From Bacteroidales bacterium (GTDB taxonomy: Bacteria > Bacteroidota > Bacteroidia > Bacteroidales > JAYRGN01): DNA of 64,000 nucleotides. The position numbers were made by a program, and so were the translations under genes. The stretch lies in the NCBI GenBank assembly GCA_041907825.1, contig JAYRGN010000002.1:381281-445280 (forward strand). Reading direction: 5' to 3'. Numbering within the stretch: position 1 is the stretch's first letter; every line of letters starts with the position of its first letter. Shown here piece after piece: positions 1 through 9,000 of the stretch. The notes below the pieces were generated by a model, which saw only the letters and a program-made list of their open reading frames with translations, made no database searches and had not been told where the DNA came from.

Positions 1-3000
1 TGAGGTGCATCCATTGACAGGATTCGTTACCGTAAGGGTGTACACTCCTTTTGTATCCACAAATGGATCCCGGATATCTGCTTGTGATATTTTACCCGGG
101 CCAGTCCAGTTGAATGTTGCTCCGGTTGTTGTCGAAGAACCGTTTAGCTGAACCATACTACGCCTGCAGTTAATAGAATCAGGCTTTGTGTTAATCCATA
201 TCTGAGGAGATGTCTTGTCTTCATCTACGCTGATACTGTCAATGTTAACACATCCATTGTGCTGATCTGTTATTTGCAGGTAATATTTACCTGTTGCATA
301 AACAGTAGGATGAGCTGTATTGGCGTTATCTATTTTTGTTCCGGCAACTTTACTATACCACAGGAAATTGACATTATTGGTAGAACTGCCTGATAAAATT
401 ACACTGTTACGGGTACAGGTGAGTTTATCGGGACTCTTATTTACTGCAATTGCCGGAGGTGTTTGATTCTTGCCTACGGTGACAGATTTAGTGGATGAAC
501 ACTTGTTGTCAAGATTTTTAACCGTAACAGTATAATCTCCAGAAGCCAGTACTATTGTATTGGCCGTATTTTCATAACCGGCTTTGATAAGTCCGGAACC
601 TGTGCCACTCGTAGCCCATGAGTATGCTGCTCTTGAGATATTTGCGCTCGCTTTTACCAATACTTCGGAAGTGCTACAGTAAAAACTGTCTGGTTTGTTA
701 ATCGTTATTATTGGTTGAATTGTGTTCTGAACAACCGATACCGAAGCAATTCGTTTACATCCTGTTGTATGGCTGGTTACTGTTAGAATGTAACTTCCGG
801 GCTGATCTACTACCGGGTTGTGAGTTGTTTGATCAGAAACAAAATGTCCCGGCGATTCTGTCCATGTATAAACATCGTTTGGATCAGTTGGGTTTCCTGA
901 AAGCGTTACTGTTGTTCTGCTGCAGTTTAATGTATCAGCATAAGGCATTATGTATAAACTTGGTAGTGTAACATCTGCTGCTACATCTACACTTTTCATT
1001 GCTGTACATTGACTTGTCGGCTCTGTAACGGTCAACGTGTAAGTTCCGGCTGCATCAACAACAGGAGTAAAGGTGCTGCCTCCTCCACTAATATGGCCTC
1101 CGTTACTTACGCTCCATTGCGGATTGGTACCGGTTGTTGCCGAAGCATTTATTGTTAGACTGGTTGTCGAACAACTAATTGTGTAAGGTCCTGGATCTAT
1201 ACTAAATACAGGCGCAGCAACGTTTTTGATAACTGTGACCGACGATTCTGCATAACATCCGCTTACTTTATTGGTAGCTCTTACTTTATAAGAACCCGGA
1301 TCGGTTACGGTTGCTACAGCTGTATTGGCATTGGAAATAAGCGAGCTACTGGTTGTAGTCCAGCTATATGTAACATCCGAAGTCGGGTTCGAAACGCTTA
1401 GGTTAACCGAACTGTTTTTACAGCTCAGTTGATCGGGAGAAATAATAACAGGAGATAATGGTGTCGTATTTTCTAAATTAACTGTAACAGATGCACTGGA
1501 AGTACATCCGTTGTCTCCGGTTACAGTTAGAAGATAAGAACCTGCCGCATTTACAACTGGCGAACTGGTATTAGCACCACTAACAATACCTGAACCTGTC
1601 CATTGTAATTTTGCATTAGTGGTTGATGAACTGCCAAATAATGTAGTTGTCAGGTTTGTACAGGTAATTTTAGCCGGATTCTGATCAACACTAATATCAG
1701 GGACTGTTAAATCATCCGAGACTATTACGCTTTTTGTTGTAGAGCAACCATTGTCGTTATTGGTTACGGTTAGGGTGTACGTGCCCTTTTTAAGAACTGT
1801 AGCCGTTAATTGGTTTGTTGCACCAGAAATACTTCCGTCACTGGTAGACCATAACGCAGTAAAGTTGGTAACAGAGGTAGTTCCCGTTAAGGTAATGCCC
1901 GATGTCGTTTTACAGGTAAGTTTTGCAGGCGGATTAATATTCAGATCCGGAGGTGTTGTCTGTGAAATGACTGTGATCGTCTTACTTGAAGAGCAACCTG
2001 TTATAATATCCGTTGCAGTAAGTGTATAAGTTCCTGCTGCATTTACAATAGGATTGTTAACTGTTGCATTAGAGATTGTTCCGGGGCCTGTCCATAACAA
2101 GTCTGCTACCGAACTCGTTGTCGTGGTAACGGTGCTGTTTAACTGTGTGGCTGTTGCAGTGCAGGTTATTGCCGATGGAGTTGTCGGAAAACCAATAGTT
2201 GGCGCATTGGTCTTTTTAGAAACATTAACGCTTGCACTATTGGTACAGAAGTTCGACGGGTCAGTAATGGTAAGTTTGTATTCGCCAATGCCATCAACCG
2301 TAATTGTAGAAGTGTTACTGGTTGACGTGATATTGCCTCCGCTGACAACCGACCACGAGTACAAGGCATTTGCAACAGTAGAAGTAGCCGAAATGTTAAT
2401 AGTAGGATTGTTGCAATTTAATATCCCGGGCGTGTTAATAACAGGAATGGCAACGGTTGCGACATTACTTTTAACAGTTATGTTAGCAGTCGATTTACAA
2501 CCTGTGGTATTATCGGTAGCCGTTAAGGTATACGTTCCGGCCATATTAACGGTCGGAGAGGATGATGTCTGATTTGTAATAGTTGCTCCGGCAGGTCCTC
2601 CTGTCCACAGCAGCGAAGCATTGGTTGCTGTTCCGTACAACGATACTGTTGTCGTTTTACAATCTAAAGCATTGGGCGTTGTGTTGATCGTAATTACTGG
2701 TGTGTTCCCTCTGTCGTCAATAACCGTTACCGTAGCCGACGACTGGCAACCAGAGCTCGTATTAGTAGCCGTCATGGTGTAAGTTCCGGCACTGCTTACG
2801 GTTGGGGTAAGACTGTTTTCTGAGCCAACAGGAATACTGCCGCCATTTGTTGGAGTCCAGATTACAGATACAGGACTTCCTGTGACAGAACCGCCTAATG
2901 TTATAGCAGTAGCATTACATGTAATATGAGCAGGAGCTGCAATTGATGCAACCGGTGTTGTTTTGTTTTCGTCAACGCTTACTGTTCTTGAACTGGAACA

Positions 3001-6000
3001 ACCATTATCGGTATCTGTTACCGTTAAAACGTAATTGCCTTTTGATGAGACTGTAGCCGACTTTAGACTTGTGCTGGAAGTAAAAGTTCCGTCGCTGGTA
3101 CTCCATTGCCATTTATTGTTGGCTGCCGATGAGGTGCCTGTAATAACAGTTGTTGGCGAAGAACAGGTTATCGTCCCGGGCATAGTTGAGAAGCCAATAA
3201 CAGGGGCGTTGTTATTTTGAGTAACCGTGACAGAAGCCGGAGCAACAGCAGAACATCCGGTTATGGTGTTAGTGGCTGTAAGCGTGTATGTTCCCGGTGC
3301 TGTTACAACCGGGTGAGCAGATGAGGCTCCGCTTACAATACCAGGGCCGGTCCACAACAGAGACGCTCCTGTTATATCTGCATTACCACTCAAGGTTACA
3401 TGATTGTTGTTGGCACAGGTTAAAACATCAGGTGTACTTATGGTAAGATTAAGTAACGGATTGATGGTTAACTTAACTTCAGACGAAGAACTTTCGCAGC
3501 CGTAAGTGTCGGTTTGTGTTGCATAGTACGAATAGCTACCTGGTGCCGATGCACTGGTAGGCGGAGTATAGGTCGATCCGGTTCCGATAAGAGTTCCTCC
3601 GGCAGCCATGTCATACCATTTTATGGTGGAGCCGGCAGCTCCGGTAGCAGATAATGGCGGATTTGCAGATCCCTGGCATACCTGTTTGTCGGATACGGTA
3701 GGTGAAACAGGCAAGCCGTTTATTGTATAACTAACCTGAGTGGCTGCACTTTGATTACCATTTGTTGTACTGGTTTGGGTAACATAGAAGTAATATACTC
3801 CTACATTGGTATAACCCGAAGGAGTAAAACTATTTCCGTCGTGGAGCTTTACGCTGAGGGTTGCATCGCTGTACCATTTGATATTGGTTCCAATGGCCGA
3901 TAGTGTTCCGGCAGCAGAACCGTAACAAATTGTTGCTCCTGTTGCTGATGGCGCTGCCGGTTTTGTTAAATCCTGCGAAACGGTAACGGTTTTACTGTTC
4001 GTGCAACCATTGGTTGCAGTAACGGTAAGCGTATAGGTTCCCGGTGCATCAACATTTGTTGTCTGTGATGTTGGTGCTGAAATATTACCCGGTCCTGTCC
4101 ATTTATAGGTTACATTGGGTGTCGATGAAGTTCCGTTCAACTGAACAGTGGTAACCGTTTTTGTCAGGACATCAGAAACAGGGGCTATAGTTGCATCGGG
4201 AGGTATTATACTCTTGTTTACATGTACGGATGTCGTTTTTGAACAACCGTTTGCCGGATCGGTTACGGTTAAATAATAATCGCCTTCATCGTCAACAGGT
4301 GTCGATGCTAAAGTCGGATTATAGATATTGCCGGTTCCGGTTGTTGTCCACTTATAAGAAACTCCGCTTGTTGATGAACTCCCGTTTAACGTTACTTTAT
4401 TGTTGGTGCAATTAATCTGGGCAGGGTTCTGATCAATAGAAACCTGTGGATTTGTTGTTTTTGCAACAACATTTACGGTTTGTGTCGATGTACAGTTGTT
4501 GTCATTATTAGTTAATACAACCGTGTAAGATCCTTGCGTTAAAGCAATTGGTGATTGCGTACTTTCTGTGCCTGATTTTATCGTTCCTCCATTGGAAACG
4601 GTCCATGCATAAGAGACATTAGTACTTGGTGTTGATGCTGAAAGCTGAACCTGAGGGTTACTGCATGTAATATCAGCAAATGGGGCAATCGACAAGGTCG
4701 GATTTGTATTATCCGAATTTACAACAACTACTACTTTACTGCTGCATCCGGTTGTGGGATCTGTTACTTCGAAAATATAATTACCGGGCTGGTCTACCAC
4801 AGGATTGAAACTTGTTTCTCCTGAAACGATATGTCCCGGTGATGCGGTCCATGTATAGTTCATACCTGATTGAGTCGGCTGCCCCGAGAGTGTAACCTGA
4901 GTTTTTTTACAGGTTATTGCATCGGGCAGTGTGTTAACCGAATAGGTAGGTAAATTAGTGGTGGCAGAAACAGACACGTTTGTCGAGGCCGGGCATCCTG
5001 TCGTTGCATCAATGGTAGTAAGAGTGTAAGTTCCTGCAGCATCTACGGTCGGTTTGGTTGTGTTGCCATTAGATGCAATATGACCTCCGTTGCTGGCTGT
5101 CCATGTCGGATTTATGCCTGTTGAGCTGCTACCGTCAAGGACGATACTTGGAGCAGAGCAAGAGACTTTATAAGGTGCGCCTGAAATTGCAGGTACCGGT
5201 TTCGTACTGATTTTGCTTACCGTTACACTTGACTGGTTGCTGCAACCACTGGTACGATCGGTTACGGTTACAGTATAGGAGCCGATGTTATTAACCGTTG
5301 CGGTTGAGCTTGTCGGATTAGTTATTGTTCCTGTACCGGTTGTAGTCCATAAATAATTAACATTCAAAGGTGTTGGAGAAACTACAAGATCTGTTGTCGT
5401 TTTACTACAGGTTAAAGCTGCCGGAGTTAAAATAACCGGTTGACTAGGGGTTGTCGTATTAGAACTAACTGTTACGGTTCCGGTACTGGTACAACCGTTT
5501 ACAGGGTCTGTTACGGTTAAGGTATATGTTCCGACTTTGTCTACAGTTGGAGTGGGTGAATTTGCATTGGTAATGGTTGCTCCTGCCGGACCTGTCCATA
5601 AAAATGAAGCATTAGCTGTTTTTGAAGTTCCTTTTAATGGTATGATTTTGTTGCTGCAACTTAATTGATCGGGTGTATTGTCAACAGAAATATCAGGAGC
5701 TATGTCGTTTTTACTAATTGTTATACTGGCAGTTCCCGTACATCCTGTTGTATTATCTGTAATGGTAAGTGTGTAGGTGCCCGACATGGTTGCAATTGCA
5801 TTAATATTGCTTGTGCTTCCGGATATTCCACTTGCCGGACCTGTCCATGCTGCTGTATAATTTGTAATGGACGGAGAACCTGCCAGTGAACCGACAAGCG
5901 TTACATTACTGGTACAGGTTAATGCCGTGGTAGGTGGAATAATTGATACTACCGGAGCCAAAGCTTTGGCAACGGTAACGGAATTGGTACTGCTGCATCC

Positions 6001-9000
6001 GTTTACTTTACTGGTAGCTGTGAGACTGTATGTCCCTGGTTGATCAACGCTTGTATTTGCTGCTGTTGGTGTTCCTATTGTACTGTTGCTTGGTCCTGTC
6101 CATTGATAGGCATAGGTTGCTGAAGAAGGAACAACGGTACTATTTATCGTACTGGTTGGTGCAGCACATGTGATGTCTGCCGGCAAAACAGGAAATGTTA
6201 TAACCGGCAATGTCGTATTTTGCTTAACATGCAACATCGCAGTTGTAGTACAGTATGTTGTAGGATGCATTATGGTTACGGTATAATCTCCCGCAGCATC
6301 TACTGTTGCCAACTGACTTGTTGTACCTGTTCCGGTTTTAATATGTCCTCCGTTAGAGGTTGTCCATGAATAGGTCGCAGAGGGTGTTGATGTGTTTGCT
6401 TTTAATTGTAATGACGATACCGAACAGGTTAACGTCCCTGTATTGTTTGTCGTAGTATCAATAGACACTGCAAGAGGAACGGACAAATCCTGGGTAACGG
6501 TTACATTATCGGTTGCTACACATCCGTTTGTACCCGTTGCGGTTACGTTGTAAACTCCGGGTCTGTCTACCAGAGGATTGGCTATTGTATTACCGCCTGT
6601 AAAAGTAGCTCCGACTGCTGTTCCGGTGGCTGTCCATACGAAGGTCGAATTTGGAGCCGAAACATTCAGTTGTACTTTGGTTGTTTGGCAGTTTAGTTGG
6701 GCTGTTGCTGTTTTGGTAATCACCGGAGCCAGTTGATCTGAACTAATGGTAATCGATTTATTTACAGTACAACCTGTTGCTGTATTGGTTATAGTAACCG
6801 TATAAGTGGCAGGTTTATCAACCCGAATAGTTGGCGTGTTAGCTCCCGATACAATATTTCCGCCGGTTGTGTAGGTCCAAGCGTACGAAACGCCGAAGCT
6901 ACTTGTAGTAGAAGCGGTTAGATCTATTTGTGGATTTGTACAGGTTAGCGTATTATTAAGAATAGAAGACGCTATGCTGGCATTTTGTGGTGCGCTTTTG
7001 TCTTCGTTTACGGTAACACTGGCCGATGACTTACAAGAATTTACAGGTTCTGTTACGGTAAGGGTAAAAGTTCCGGCAGCATCAACCGAAGCGGTTGAAG
7101 AGGTTGATCCACTTGCAATGTGTCCCCCATTACTGGCTACCCATTGATAAGTAGAGGTTGACGGATCAGAACTTGTATGTCCGGTAATGGTAACGGGCGT
7201 TGTCGTACAATTCACTACACCACTGGCTGGGTCTATGGTTACGGTTGGGGTCGGTACTACATTGATGGATACAGTAGAAGGTGTTCCTGTTCCGCAACTG
7301 TTAACTCCGGCAACAGTTAGTGTTCCGGATAATGCTGTTGCTGAAAAATCCAGAACGACTGTGTTGTTTGTACTTCCACTATGAATACTTGCTCCTGAAG
7401 GTGGTATTGTCCACACATAGGATGTTGCATTGGTAATTGCAGGAACGTTATAGCTCATTAATGTAGAACCCTGGCAAACATTGGCTGGTCCTGTTATTAT
7501 TCCTGCAGCATTGGGCAATGGCTTCATCACAATAGGAAGAGTATACGCTGTTCCACTGCCGCAAGCATTGGTCCCTTGTACCGTAATGTTGCCGTTAACG
7601 GCATTGGTGGCATAAAATACAGTTACGGTGTTGGTGCCGTCTCCTGATGTAATAGTTGCTCCTGTAGGTAATGTCCAAGTATAAGAGGTAGCATCGGTGA
7701 TACTAGGTGTTGTATAGGTATAGCTGGCACCCGGACAAACACTTGTCGTTCCTGAGATCACAGATGCTGCCTGTGGTAATGTGCCTAATACCACTGTTGC
7801 TGATCCGTTCATCTGCCGGCTGCATGAGTTGGTCGCTTTAGCCATCACGGTATAAGTCCCGGCAACGGTTATATTACCAAAGTCAAGTGCCGATCCGTTT
7901 CCTTTTAACGCTGATCCGTAAGGTGATGCTCCTCTGTAAAGTTGATACATGGTGCCACTTTCGGATCCGCTTAGGTAAATATGGCTGGTGTTTACAGTAC
8001 TCGGGCAGAATGTCCCGCCACCGGTAACACTAAAGAGCGCGGGCATAGGCTTTACATACACATCTTTTGCTTTTGTTGCCGAGCATCCTTTTATGTCTGT
8101 ATATTGATAACTTATCAGCTGATCGGTGTTGGCTTTTCCTGTCGGGTCAAATATTGCGGTTCCGCTATTATCGGTAATGCCGTTTCCGCTGAACGTACCG
8201 GTTGTTCCTGTTCCCGGAGCAGGGTTACCCAGTAATGTTATAGGTGTCGCATTTTCACATATACTATCGGGAAGTCCCGAAAAATCAACAGTTGGCAAAT
8301 AATTTACCGTTATTTTCTTTCGTGCGGAAGAGACACATCCTGTCTGTTGCGGTAACCGGTATACAAGTGTAAAAGTATCGATGCCTACGGGTACAAGCCG
8401 CGGATCAAGAATGGCTGTTCCATCTAAGTTATCTTTAAATATTGTCGTTGCCCACCCGGAAGGCCCTGTCCATACGCCATTGCCTTTGTTTCCTGATTGT
8501 GGATTGCCAATTATGGTAACAGGTAAATGATCGTGACAGAATATGGAATCTGTTGTAATTGATGTTGGGGGAACAGACAAAACCTGTATTTTGCCTGTCT
8601 CACTATTTGTACAGCCTTTGGTATCTGTATATACATATTGTATAGTATGGAAGCCGACTCCTGCGGTTACCGGATTGAATTTGTCACCCGAAACAGCACC
8701 TGAAATGTCTGTACAACTAAATATACCGCCTGCATTAGGATTTCCGGCAAGGGTTGCCTGACCTCCGTTTTGACATATTGAAATATTCAAGTCACTGTTA
8801 ACGGTGCCATCAATTGTAAAGGCAGCAGAAGGCAAAGGATTTACGGTAACAGTAGTGCTGGCGGTTCCTGAACATAATACAGAACCTGTAGTAGTGGTAC
8901 TGTACGTAATCGTATAAGTACCGGGGCCCTGGGCAGAAGGATTAAAAGTTGCCGTTCCTTCTGCTCCTGAATATAAAGGGATACCTCCTTTTGAAACTAC

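Noticed and set aside
1386-1393. tRNA T-loop-like GGTTCGA strings at 1386-1393 and 48259-48268
   Set aside because: Both lie inside well-supported CDSs, and I could not build a flanking acceptor or anticodon stem. No tRNA is called.
1-7400. The regular ~245-nt periodicity as a CRISPR array or non-coding tandem/satellite repeat
   Set aside because: The units are diverged (not identical direct repeats with unique spacers), far longer than CRISPR repeats, and lie in one uninterrupted reading frame. These are coding domain repeats.
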